Below, one piece after another: positions 31,157-40,830 of a stretch of 64,000 nucleotides of DNA. Source of the DNA: a virus. Where the stretch lies: IMG/VR virus record IMGVR_UViG_3300021425_003021, positions 32,001 through 96,000 of that record; one strand, written 5' to 3'. How positions within the stretch are numbered: the stretch's first letter is position 1; each line of letters opens with the position of its first letter. Position numbers and translations under genes: made by a program. The notes under the pieces are model-generated. The model worked only from the letters and a program-made list of their open reading frames with translations. It had not been told where the DNA came from and ran no database searches.

Positions 31157-31862
31157 AATATTTTGTATAGGTTGTAGTTTTACAGCTGGTAGGTATCCTA
31201 CACAGTTTGATAAGTCTTGGCCAGAATTATTAGCAGAAAAAGTGGAGCATCAGGTCTGGAATCTTGGAATATTTAGTAATAGTATTCACAATCAATTAGT
31301 GCAATTAAAGCATTATTTGCAAAAAGATCCAAACTTTGTTATTTTGCAATGGACCACGTATCCAAGAATAACTTATGTGAAACATATGCCAACCTATATG
31401 AATAATTTAGATGATTATATTATACAAAAAAGTGACAATTATTTTGAACTAGAAAACACTCCTACATATGGAGAATTTTCTAATCTAGGTATTTTAAATC
31501 TAAATCCAGGTAAATTAGATTCAATGTCTCCTAAGGACATTTATAGAAGAACATACGAAACACTGTGTACTCAATCGGTAAGTGAATTTCACACTTATGG
31601 CTTAGATAATTTTTTTAATGGTATATTAAAACAATATGGTAAAAAAATGTTAGTAGACAAAGGTATTCCGCATTTGATTTTTGATTTTAAAAAACACGAT
31701 GACGATCCTACAGATACTGGAGTTGATTATTGTATAGAAACAGATATGGAAAATTTTTTAGAATACACAGTAGATGACGGTTACCATTTGTCCACCAAAG
31801 GAAATGAACAAATAGTAAATAAAATGATAATGCCATACATAGAAAGGTTTTTGAATGTATAA
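31146..31862 (+). CDS. SGNH/GDSL-like hydrolase or acyltransferase
   Basis: GCSFT block I, NLG block II, C-terminal DGYH (DxxH). Confidence 0.65.
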   Translation: MGVEIFCIGCSFTAGRYPTQFDKSWPELLAEKVEHQVWNLGIFSNSIHNQLVQLKHYLQKDPNFVILQWTTYPRITYVKHMPTYMNNLDDYIIQKSDNYFELENTPTYGEFSNLGILNLNPGKLDSMSPKDIYRRTYETLCTQSVSEFHTYGLDNFFNGILKQYGKKMLVDKGIPHLIFDFKKHDDDPTDTGVDYCIETDMENFLEYTVDDGYHLSTKGNEQIVNKMIMPYIERFLNV

Positions 31863-32940
31863 GTACGAAGATATTAGAGAAGTTCATTTAGAGGTAACAC
31901 AACGTTGTCAGGCAGCGTGTCCTATGTGTGATAGAAATATGAACGGCGGAGATGATAATCCTCATTTAACAGATGCAGAAATTACATTACAAAAAGCCAA
32001 AAAAATATTCAAACCTGATTTTATCAAGCAATTAAAAACTATGTATATGTGTGGCAATCTTGGCGATCCAGTTGTAGCAAGAGATACACTGGAAATATTT
32101 AAGTATTTCCGTGAACACAATCCTACTATGTGGTTAAGTATGAATACAAATGCTGGTGCAAGAGATATGCCTTGGTGGACAGAACTAGCACAAGTTTTTG
32201 GACGTAATGGTGCCGTTATTTTTAGTGTCGATGGATTAGAAGATACTAATCACTTGTATAGACAAAATGTTCAATGGGACAAAGTTGAAACAAATATGAA
32301 AGCCTTTATTGCAGCAGGCGGAAGAGCTCGTTGGGATTATATTATATTTGAACACAATGAACATCAGGTTGAAGAAGCAGAAGCACTTGCAAATGAATGG
32401 GGTTGCGAAAAATTTATCAAGAAAAAGACTGGTCGATTTTACAGTACCAAAAAAATGACAGGTAAAGATAAACACCAAGCTATAAACCGTAAAGGTGAAA
32501 AAAAGCAATTGCTTGCAAAACCAAAAGAAACTAAATTTGCAAACAAAGAACTTGATAAACAAAAAACTATTTCAAAACAATACGGTAGTATGATGGAATA
32601 CTACAATAAATGTAAAATCAAGTGTAAAGTAAAAGATGTAGGTAATATCTTTATTACAGCAGAAGGATTGCTGATGCCTTGTTGTTGGACTGCTGGACGT
32701 ATGTACAAGTGGTGGCATTTAGATCCAAAAGTAGAACAAATATGGGATCATATTGATGCTGCTGGCGGTAAGGGCGGTATTAATGTTATTATTAATGATC
32801 TTAAAAAAGTTATGGAAGGTCCATTACTTTCAGGCATTGAAGACAGTTGGAATGCAAGCACTGTGAAAGAAGGTAAACTTGGAGTTTGTTCTGAAAAATG
32901 TGGTGCTAACTTTGATCCATTTGCAGCTCAATTTTCGTAA
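31855..32940 (+). CDS. Radical SAM protein with C-terminal SPASM/twitch domain
   Basis: CQAACPMC, CGNLGDP, SVDG; C-terminal C...EG...PCC...CSEKC. Confidence 0.9.
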   Translation: MYKYEDIREVHLEVTQRCQAACPMCDRNMNGGDDNPHLTDAEITLQKAKKIFKPDFIKQLKTMYMCGNLGDPVVARDTLEIFKYFREHNPTMWLSMNTNAGARDMPWWTELAQVFGRNGAVIFSVDGLEDTNHLYRQNVQWDKVETNMKAFIAAGGRARWDYIIFEHNEHQVEEAEALANEWGCEKFIKKKTGRFYSTKKMTGKDKHQAINRKGEKKQLLAKPKETKFANKELDKQKTISKQYGSMMEYYNKCKIKCKVKDVGNIFITAEGLLMPCCWTAGRMYKWWHLDPKVEQIWDHIDAAGGKGGINVIINDLKKVMEGPLLSGIEDSWNASTVKEGKLGVCSEKCGANFDPFAAQFS

Positions 32941-34145
32941 AGTGATCTAAGTTCTGGAAATGTTTCTATAAAATTTGTGCCTCTAAGAGAATCAAATTGT
33001 TGTATAGATTTTTTAAATCTTTCTTTTGAATCTAGCACTTTCTGTGTATCCCATTCTACATTTAAAAAGTCTCTTAATTCGTCGGTATTCCAAGCTATAT
33101 TTTGGGTACCGTCGCTGGCACCTAACAATATTTCTATATAATTAAGTTGTTCATTGGCTGCTTCTAGTATAGAGATATCTGCTTGTGCCATAGGTGCACT
33201 AAATGCTAATGGATTTTGCCAAGGAGACAAAGACATATCGCCCTTGTGATTTAAATGCTTTGTATAATAATGGAACATTTCACACAAATTTAAACAATTA
33301 AAAATATTGTAACTTGTATGAATGTTTACTAATATATTTGCATCGGTAATACGATTATAATTTTCCTCCCATTTTTTAGTGACAAGTCCATAACGAACAT
33401 ACTCGCCTTTCTTGTTGTGTAAATCATGGCTAAGGCTTATTTCACAATTATCTCCCCAGTACTTTAGATAATCTTCAACTACATCAATACCTTTATATTT
33501 TTTGATACTGCCGTTTGTGTGTGACCAAATTTTAATTTGTTTTTGTAATTTATGTTTTAATAATATATCAAGTATTTCGTGTACTTCTTCTTGCATAAAT
33601 GGTTCGCCGCCATTGAAATGCAGCAATCTAATACTGTCTTTGTATTTCAAAATGTAATCTATTATGTCAGATTTGTTATGCCAATTTTTTTTGTCAAAAT
33701 CTCTGTCCCACAATGTATCATACGCAGTGCTATATTTTTCAGCTATTGTACTACTTAATGACGGCTCGCACCCCATACAAGCAAAATTACATTTATTACT
33801 AAAAAGTAGATCCAAAAATACAGGAGTTTGTTTGTATAATGTTCCGTCGGGTAACGTATTATCTAAGAAACTTTTATCATCAACAAGTCTGTTACTAAAT
33901 TTTCTTACACCAGCAATATTTCCTGTATCTCTTTCAAAATCTGCACAACTAGCACATTCTTTAGGAAATTCATTTGCTAAAAAAGATCGCCTAATTCTTT
34001 TAGCAGTTTCGCTGTTCATTATATTTTCAAAGGTATCTGTGTTGCTGTGACCTATTGGATCATACATTGCACAACAACTGGTTACTTTATGATTTGATCC
34101 TGTATAAAAAGACACAAATGGCGCGGCACATAGTTTATCACTCAT
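32928..34145 (-). CDS. Radical SAM protein with N-terminal twitch domain (inverted)
   Basis: CNFACMGC, NGGEP; N-terminal LCAAPF...SCC...CASC; start at MSDKLC (34145) by analogy with paralogs. Confidence 0.9.
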   Translation of the reverse strand: MSDKLCAAPFVSFYTGSNHKVTSCCAMYDPIGHSNTDTFENIMNSETAKRIRRSFLANEFPKECASCADFERDTGNIAGVRKFSNRLVDDKSFLDNTLPDGTLYKQTPVFLDLLFSNKCNFACMGCEPSLSSTIAEKYSTAYDTLWDRDFDKKNWHNKSDIIDYILKYKDSIRLLHFNGGEPFMQEEVHEILDILLKHKLQKQIKIWSHTNGSIKKYKGIDVVEDYLKYWGDNCEISLSHDLHNKKGEYVRYGLVTKKWEENYNRITDANILVNIHTSYNIFNCLNLCEMFHYYTKHLNHKGDMSLSPWQNPLAFSAPMAQADISILEAANEQLNYIEILLGASDGTQNIAWNTDELRDFLNVEWDTQKVLDSKERFKKSIQQFDSLRGTNFIETFPELRSLYEN

Positions 34146-34177
34146 AAATATATTTATAAAATAAAGTGCGTATTTAA
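34144..34177. promoter_or_regulatory. Divergent late-like promoter cassette
   Basis: Palindrome ATAAATATATTTAT 34144-34157 (ATAAATA on both strands), plus minus-strand TTAAATA at 34171-34177, between divergent ATGs 34145 and 34177. Confidence 0.6.
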
Positions 34178-35271
34178 TGAACTTACGAAAAGTAGAACTA
34201 GAAATAACCAGTGATTGCAATGCTGCTTGCCCGGGATGTGCAAGAACACTGAACAAAGAATTATTACAAATCAAAAGTTTTACGTTGCAAGATTTGCAAC
34301 GTATTTTTCCTCCTGCAGATTATAGCGGTATGGAATTTAAATTTTGTGGTGTGTTAGGAGATCCTGCTCTAAATGAAGAATGTGTTGATATGGTAGATTA
34401 TCTCAGCAGTCAGGGAGCATATTGTGAATTAAGTACCAACGGCGGAATACAAAAAGCCGATTGGTGGGAGCGCCTTGGCAAAATAGCATATGAAAGACCA
34501 GGCTTGGTGTTTATACATTTTTGTGTAGACGGACACGAAGAAACTAATCATATATATAGAGTTAACACCAAGTTTAACATTGTTGCACGTAATATGCAAG
34601 CATTTTCAAACTATGCTCCAACTGGTAGTGCAAGTTGGATTTACATTGTTTTTGATCATAACGAACATGAATTAGAGAAAGCAAAATTACACGCAGAAAG
34701 TTTAGGATTTACATTTGCAACACGCACAGGTATGCGTAACAGTTATCATGACTGGGTAGCCAAAATATCTAAAAAAGACAAAGAAATAAAGAAAGTTGTT
34801 GTTGAAGAAAAAACAATTACAACTACAGGTGCAAAAGAACACAGTAAGAAAAAAGACGTAAAAGAATTAGATAAGTTTATAGCACAATATAAAGCAAAAA
34901 AATCTAACAAAAACTTTGAAACTAAAAAACAAGAAATTTTAAAAACAGTTGTTTGCAAATATATACACGAAGGTGAAATTTTTATAGCAAGTGACCTAAC
35001 ATTATGGCCTTGTTGTTTTCTTTGGGACAGTGCTTTTAAAAATAAAGAAGGTATAATAGATAAACTAAATCAATTTGAACCTAATTGGAATAATTTACGC
35101 TATTATACTAAAGAAGAAATACTACAACATAAATGGTACAAAGAGCTGTTGGCTGCTAGTTGGGATCCAGAACACGAATTACACTTTAGTAGATGTATAA
35201 GAACTTGCGCAAAAAACAAAGCATACCACAACGAAATAAACTACGTAGATAATAATATAAGTACAGTATGA
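34177..35271 (+). CDS. Radical SAM protein with C-terminal SPASM/twitch domain
   Basis: CNAACPGC, CGVLGDP, C...WPCC...CIRTC; paralog of 31855..32940. Confidence 0.9.
   Translation: MNLRKVELEITSDCNAACPGCARTLNKELLQIKSFTLQDLQRIFPPADYSGMEFKFCGVLGDPALNEECVDMVDYLSSQGAYCELSTNGGIQKADWWERLGKIAYERPGLVFIHFCVDGHEETNHIYRVNTKFNIVARNMQAFSNYAPTGSASWIYIVFDHNEHELEKAKLHAESLGFTFATRTGMRNSYHDWVAKISKKDKEIKKVVVEEKTITTTGAKEHSKKKDVKELDKFIAQYKAKKSNKNFETKKQEILKTVVCKYIHEGEIFIASDLTLWPCCFLWDSAFKNKEGIIDKLNQFEPNWNNLRYYTKEEILQHKWYKELLAASWDPEHELHFSRCIRTCAKNKAYHNEINYVDNNISTV
35256..35263 (+). promoter_or_regulatory. Late-like box TATAAGTA, 4 nt before ATG
   Basis: TATAAGTA-cagt-ATG(35268), no SD. Confidence 0.5.
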
Positions 35272-36671
35272 GTAAAGTAAGTGATACATTTTGTATTCTT
35301 CCTTGGGTACATCTTAGTACAAGACCTGACGGTAGTATGAGAGTTTGTTGTACAGCAAATGCAAGTAGTGTTGGTCCAACTAACGATAAGGAACACGGAG
35401 GACAAGTCGGAATACTTAAAACCGACGATGGCAAACCTAACAATTTAAATGTAACAGATTTTCAAACTGCTTGGAATAGTGAGTATATGAAAAATGTTCG
35501 CAAACAAATGATGAATGGCGAAAAGCCTCCTAGTTGTTTGAAATGTTATAGAGAAGAAGCAGCAGGACATAATAGTAAGCGTATGTGGGAAACAGCATAT
35601 TGGAGTGAACGTGTAAATGTTGATGATTTAATTGCTAATACCACAGAAGATGGTGAAGTACCACCACAACTTGCATATATTGACTTGCGTTTTGGCACAA
35701 AATGTCAACTTGCGTGTGTAATGTGCAGCCCGCACGATAGCTCAGGTTGGATTAAAGATTACAAAAAGATTTTTCCTGCTGTTAAAAATGAGTCTCTTAA
35801 AGAAACAATGCAATGGCAAGACAAAGGTAGTACAAATGGCAGCAGTTATAACTGGCATAAACAAAATCCAATCTTTTGGCAACAATTTTATGAACAAATG
35901 CCAAATATGCAGCAAATTTATTTTGCAGGCGGCGAAAGTCTTATCATTGAAGAACATTATGAAATACTTGAAGAAGCAATACGTCAAGGTATTGCAAAAG
36001 ATCTTGAACTACGTTATAACTCAAATGGAGTTGAATGGAGAGAGGATTTATTTGATCTATGGAAAGAATTCAAACTGGTGCGTTTTCACTATTCGGTAGA
36101 TAGCATACACGAAATGAATGATTATATTCGTTATCCAAGTAAGTGGAAACGTACAGAAGAAGTTTTCCATATATTAGATAAAGAAACAAGTGTAAACGTT
36201 GAAGTAACTGTTGCTTGTGCAGTACAAGCATTAAACATTTATTATTTGCCAGATTTTATCAAATGGAAACTAACACAGAACTTTAACAAAATCAATATGT
36301 GGCCATTTGGTGCAGGCGGTATAAACTACCACTTTGTATACCATCCACCTCACTTAAATGTAAAAGTGTTACCAACATGGTTCAAAGCAGAAGTGCGTAA
36401 AAAATATGAGGAGTTTTATCCTTGGTGGGAAGCTAACTGGGAAAAGGGTATTCCTGTTTGGTATAAACACGGTAAAAAAGCAGTAACCTATGATCAATGG
36501 AGAGATGCTGGTTACGGTATAAAACGTTTAGAAGGTATGTTAAACTTTATGGAAAGTGAAGACTGGAGTATACGACTGCCCGAAATGAAAGAATTTTTAG
36601 ATTTATGTGACAAACAAAGAGGAGTAAGTTTTGCTGATACTTTCAAAGAAATGGCAAAAATCTTCGAGTAG
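35268..36671 (+). CDS. Radical SAM protein with N-terminal twitch domain
   Basis: FCILPW...DG..RVCC...CLKC, then CQLACVMC, AGGE. Confidence 0.9.
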   Translation: MSKVSDTFCILPWVHLSTRPDGSMRVCCTANASSVGPTNDKEHGGQVGILKTDDGKPNNLNVTDFQTAWNSEYMKNVRKQMMNGEKPPSCLKCYREEAAGHNSKRMWETAYWSERVNVDDLIANTTEDGEVPPQLAYIDLRFGTKCQLACVMCSPHDSSGWIKDYKKIFPAVKNESLKETMQWQDKGSTNGSSYNWHKQNPIFWQQFYEQMPNMQQIYFAGGESLIIEEHYEILEEAIRQGIAKDLELRYNSNGVEWREDLFDLWKEFKLVRFHYSVDSIHEMNDYIRYPSKWKRTEEVFHILDKETSVNVEVTVACAVQALNIYYLPDFIKWKLTQNFNKINMWPFGAGGINYHFVYHPPHLNVKVLPTWFKAEVRKKYEEFYPWWEANWEKGIPVWYKHGKKAVTYDQWRDAGYGIKRLEGMLNFMESEDWSIRLPEMKEFLDLCDKQRGVSFADTFKEMAKIFE

Positions 36672-36735
36672 ATTGTCATATTTAAAAAAGCTTTATGATA
36701 ATCGCAAATGGAAAAAATCATTTGCAGATTTACAT

Positions 36736-37587
36736 ATGAAAAAAGTTCCGCCTTATACTATTATAAACGGATTACCTATTCACTTTGATCCTAAATGGAA
36801 ACGTATAGGAATAAGTTTTAGCGGAGGTGCTGATAGTAGTTTATTATTGTTTTTATTATGTAAATTAATTCAAGACAAGCGTAGCAGTTGTAAAATATAC
36901 CCAATTCACTTGATAAGATTTCACGATCAAAAACCTTGGCTAGAATATATGGCAAAAGATGTTTATAACTGGATAGACAACAAATATCCTAATATTTTGC
37001 AAGAAATGCAATGGGGATTTATTCCTCCATTTCTAGAACAGGTAAAACTAAAAAATTTACAACGTCCTGAACTTGACTTAAAACACGATGCAGATCTAGT
37101 AAATTGTGATGTAGTTGTTGTAGGTAGCTTTCTTGAGTATCAATCATCAAAATACAATTTAGATTACATCTATACAGGAAACACTACAAATCCTCCAATT
37201 GATCATAAAAATGCACCTGCATTTAGACAAAAAGATGTTGTTGCAGATAATTTAGATAAAGTTGTTAATATTGAATATATTAATCCTTTTGCACTTATTA
37301 ACAAAGCTTGGATAATGTCACAATACAAAAATTTTGATTTGTTCGATTCGTTGTTACCATTAACTAGAAGTTGCGAGCAAAGAATGCCTGGATATAAAAT
37401 GGATAGTTGGAAATTTGGAGACGAGTATCCACAACCTTGCGAAAAATGTTTCTTTTGTAAAGAACGTGAATGGGGATTGCAATATCCTCAAATGCAGGAA
37501 TTTTTAGAAATAAACAACAATAATAGTTTTTTAAATTGGAAAGAAATTTTTCCTAAAATGAAAGATATATTCGATGACAGAAAATAG
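36736..37587 (+). CDS. QueC-like PP-loop ATPase (adenine nucleotide alpha-hydrolase)
   Basis: SFSGGADS PP-loop; TRSCE...CEKCFFC.ER Zn motif. Start uncertain (36631/36673/36736). Confidence 0.75.
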   Translation: MKKVPPYTIINGLPIHFDPKWKRIGISFSGGADSSLLLFLLCKLIQDKRSSCKIYPIHLIRFHDQKPWLEYMAKDVYNWIDNKYPNILQEMQWGFIPPFLEQVKLKNLQRPELDLKHDADLVNCDVVVVGSFLEYQSSKYNLDYIYTGNTTNPPIDHKNAPAFRQKDVVADNLDKVVNIEYINPFALINKAWIMSQYKNFDLFDSLLPLTRSCEQRMPGYKMDSWKFGDEYPQPCEKCFFCKEREWGLQYPQMQEFLEINNNNSFLNWKEIFPKMKDIFDDRK

Positions 37588-38845
37588 TTATCCGTGCTAT
37601 TATGCACTAGGAGGTATAAACCTAAAACAAAAATTTGCTACAAGTTGTCCGCAACAATCGGACAGATTACAATGGATGGCAAAAGGACACTTGCCTAGTC
37701 AGTACTTTAACAATGAAAATTTTAGACAACATCGTTTGGATCTGTTAAACGGAAACTGGCCAAAAGGTTGTGATATGTGTCAATATGTAGAAGAACAAAA
37801 TTCTGGTGTTAGTATGAGGCAAGAAACACCTGCAGACACTTCATACACAGATTTCAAAACAGGTAAAACAAAATTCGAAGGTCTTAAAACTATAGAAATA
37901 CGATTTAGTAATAGTTGTAATATGGCTTGTTTGCATTGTAGTGCAGCGTTTAGTAGTGGTTGGATGACCAAGCTTAAACGTTATGAACCTGATCAAATTG
38001 ATAGAGATCATAGATTGATACAACTTACACAAGATATGCATCGCGAAACAGAAGAAGAAGATTTAAGGATTGATCTTAACACTGAAAAAGCGTTGGAAAT
38101 AGTAGATGATCTTAATGCAAACTTTCCAAATTTAGAACGTGTAGATTTTGCAGGTGGTGAAGTACTTTATCAAAAACCTTTTTTGCCTACTCTTGAAAGA
38201 CTAGCAGAACATCCTAATGCAAAAAATATGTTTGTAATGTTTCACACTAACTTTAATGCTGATTTTGATCCTATAAAATTAAATGATTGTTTAGAAAAAT
38301 TTGGATCAAGTGAAGTAAAAATCAGTATTGATAGTAGTCCTAAAACGTATCAGTACTTTAGAGGAGGAAGTTGGGAAAAATTAGCAGACAATATTGCAAA
38401 ATTTAAGTCAGTAAGAAGTGAAAAAACAAAAATTTGCTTAATTTGTACAACAGGTGTTTATCAAATCATGCAATTTAAAGATATTTTACAAGGGCTTATA
38501 GATTTAGAATGTGATTATATTGATACAAGTATAATTTTTACACCAGACTATTTAAATCCTGCATTAATGATGATAGATTTTAAAGAAGAAACTTTAAAAG
38601 AATTGAATTCTAGTATTGAATTGTTGATGAAATACTCGAGAGAACGTTCGGATATCTATATGAGTTATCAAAGTGTTAAAAGAATACATCAATATGTTCT
38701 AAATCATAAAGTTTATGACAAAGAGTGGCAATCTTTTAAAGAATATGTGAAAAAAACTGATATGATATGGAAGCAAGAATTCAACGATCACTTTACAAAT
38801 TATAAATTTGACAAAGAAAATAACAGGATATATAGAAATGTTTAA
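37574..38845 (+). CDS. Radical SAM protein with N-terminal twitch-like domain
   Basis: YPCYY...SCP...GCDMC, then CNMACLHC, AGGE. Confidence 0.9.
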   Translation: MTENSYPCYYALGGINLKQKFATSCPQQSDRLQWMAKGHLPSQYFNNENFRQHRLDLLNGNWPKGCDMCQYVEEQNSGVSMRQETPADTSYTDFKTGKTKFEGLKTIEIRFSNSCNMACLHCSAAFSSGWMTKLKRYEPDQIDRDHRLIQLTQDMHRETEEEDLRIDLNTEKALEIVDDLNANFPNLERVDFAGGEVLYQKPFLPTLERLAEHPNAKNMFVMFHTNFNADFDPIKLNDCLEKFGSSEVKISIDSSPKTYQYFRGGSWEKLADNIAKFKSVRSEKTKICLICTTGVYQIMQFKDILQGLIDLECDYIDTSIIFTPDYLNPALMMIDFKEETLKELNSSIELLMKYSRERSDIYMSYQSVKRIHQYVLNHKVYDKEWQSFKEYVKKTDMIWKQEFNDHFTNYKFDKENNRIYRNV

Positions 38846-39662
38846 GTCTAGCAACAATTTATACAAAAAATTAGGTGAAGAATTTATTTTAACAACTATT
38901 AGTCACCTTGATATACCTTTTAGTAAAAAATGGAAAAGAATTGGAATTAATTTAAGTGGCGGTGCTGACAGTGCATTACTTGCTTTTTTGTTAGGAAAAA
39001 TTATTACTGATAATAATTTAGATTGCAAAATAGATGTAATCACATATCAACGTTGTTGGGAAACAAGACCTTGGCAAGGTTGGTGGAGTTTGCAGGTTTT
39101 CAATAAGTTAAAAAGTTTTTATCCTGATGTTATTGAAAATAGACACACAACATTTATACCTCCTGCATTAGAACACGGTGTAAGCGGTCCTATTATAGAT
39201 GGACGCAGTGGAGATCAGATTATAGTTGGCGATTTTAACAAATTTGCCAGTTGGGAATACAATTTAGATGCAGTGTTCAATGCTACAAGTAAAAATCCTG
39301 ATGATTCACGTGAGGATAGAATGAAAAACAGAGATGGGGATGCTGAAGATGCAAATACTTGGGATGTTTTATGGTATAGTGGAAAATTAAAAAGTCATTT
39401 TTGCCATCCTTTTAGGTTTGTTAAAAAAGATTGGATAGTAGCTCAATATCATCTTTACAATATCACAGATCTGTATTATACTACACGTAGCTGTGAAGGA
39501 GATATCAATCATAACCAAGCTGTATCTGATGTTGTGAAAGACTTCACAAAATACACTCCTGGTATGGATGTACCTGTTTGTAATGAATGTTGGTGGTGTA
39601 GTGAAAGAAAATGGGCCGAAGACAGAGTCCCTGAAATGATAAAGGAAATAAATGAGTTTTGA
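38838..39662 (+). CDS. QueC-like PP-loop ATPase
   Basis: NLSGGADS; TRSCEG...CNECWWC.ER; AGGA SD before ATG 38838. Confidence 0.75.
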   Translation: MFKSSNNLYKKLGEEFILTTISHLDIPFSKKWKRIGINLSGGADSALLAFLLGKIITDNNLDCKIDVITYQRCWETRPWQGWWSLQVFNKLKSFYPDVIENRHTTFIPPALEHGVSGPIIDGRSGDQIIVGDFNKFASWEYNLDAVFNATSKNPDDSREDRMKNRDGDAEDANTWDVLWYSGKLKSHFCHPFRFVKKDWIVAQYHLYNITDLYYTTRSCEGDINHNQAVSDVVKDFTKYTPGMDVPVCNECWWCSERKWAEDRVPEMIKEINEF

Positions 39663-40830
39663 TACAATAGATTTACTTACAGGGCACGTTTTTCAAGTAA
39701 CTTGGGATACAGGTCGTAGATGCAATTATGATTGTAGTTATTGTCCTGTACATAGACACGATAATTTTTCACCACACGCAACATTGGACAGTTTGAAAGA
39801 CAATGTTGACTTTCTTTATGAATATATTGATTTGCATATACAATATAGAAAGAGTAAGATTGCTAATATAGGGTTTACAGGTGGCGAACCCACTGTTAAT
39901 CCTAACTTTATTCCTTTTGCGCAATATCTTAGATCTGAATATGATACCAAATACAAAGACAAATGGGAATGTGGATTTGCTCTAACTACAAATGGTGCTA
40001 TGGGTGAAAAAATGGGTCAAGCAGTGATGGAAAATTTTGATCACGCTACAGTAAGTTATCATAGCGAAAGCGACAACAAGTTAAAACAGCAAGTTAAAGA
40101 TAGAATTTTACAGTTTCATTATCAAGGAGAGATGCATAATTTCACAGTCAGCGTAAATGTTATGTTTCATGCTGAATATTTTGACGAATGTAAAGAGCTA
40201 TGTGGATTTTTGGAAAGCCATAATGTTGATTATGTGCCAAGAGTTATCGGTGAAGAGCCTGATAGTAGACCTAGTTTTGCACACAAATACAATGAAGAAC
40301 AATTACAGTGGTTTAAAGATTACTGGCGTGTAAAGAATGAAAACAAAAATGACGAAAAAGAAATTAGCAAAGTATTAAGTGCTGCCGGTGAAAAGAAAAA
40401 TGAAAAGAAAAAACTAGGTAACAGTATCGGACGTCCTTGTTGTGGTAGCAGAGATATGTTATTACATACCGGAGCAAACAGTCGTAAAAGTAATTTTGTA
40501 GACTTTAGAGAATTCAAAGGATGGAATTGTAGTGTGAACTGGTTCTTCCTACATTTAGAACAACAAACAGATAGTGTTTATCATCATCAAACTTGTCAGG
40601 CACGTTTTGATGGTACTAGGGGACGTATTGGTAAACTAAGTGAAGGTAAAAAACTTATTGCAGATCTAAAAGAAAAAATGGAAACCAATAGTATGCCAAC
40701 TATTATTTGTCCTAAACAAACCTGCGGTTGCGGATTGTGTGCTCCAAAAAGTATGCATCAAGCTAGATATTTAGAAGTTGTAGGCAATCATATCGAAACA
40801 GAGGTATTAAATGATTATAACAGGAAATAA
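39652..40830 (+). CDS. Radical SAM protein with C-terminal Cys cluster
   Basis: TWDTGRRCNYDCSYC, TGGEP; PCCG, W.C, TC, ICPKQTCGCGLC. Confidence 0.9.
   Translation: MSFDTIDLLTGHVFQVTWDTGRRCNYDCSYCPVHRHDNFSPHATLDSLKDNVDFLYEYIDLHIQYRKSKIANIGFTGGEPTVNPNFIPFAQYLRSEYDTKYKDKWECGFALTTNGAMGEKMGQAVMENFDHATVSYHSESDNKLKQQVKDRILQFHYQGEMHNFTVSVNVMFHAEYFDECKELCGFLESHNVDYVPRVIGEEPDSRPSFAHKYNEEQLQWFKDYWRVKNENKNDEKEISKVLSAAGEKKNEKKKLGNSIGRPCCGSRDMLLHTGANSRKSNFVDFREFKGWNCSVNWFFLHLEQQTDSVYHHQTCQARFDGTRGRIGKLSEGKKLIADLKEKMETNSMPTIICPKQTCGCGLCAPKSMHQARYLEVVGNHIETEVLNDYNRK

Noticed and set aside
38808-38836. TTGACA-17-TATAGA as a promoter, or TTG 38808 as a start
   Set aside because: The -10 lacks the conserved final T and lies 1 nt from the ATG; the AGGA SD explains start 38838
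36736-39662. Calling the locus a 7-deazaguanine DNA modification cluster (queC symbol)
   Set aside because: No folE, queD, queE-sized rSAM or dpdA recognisable in the window; only fold-level similarity
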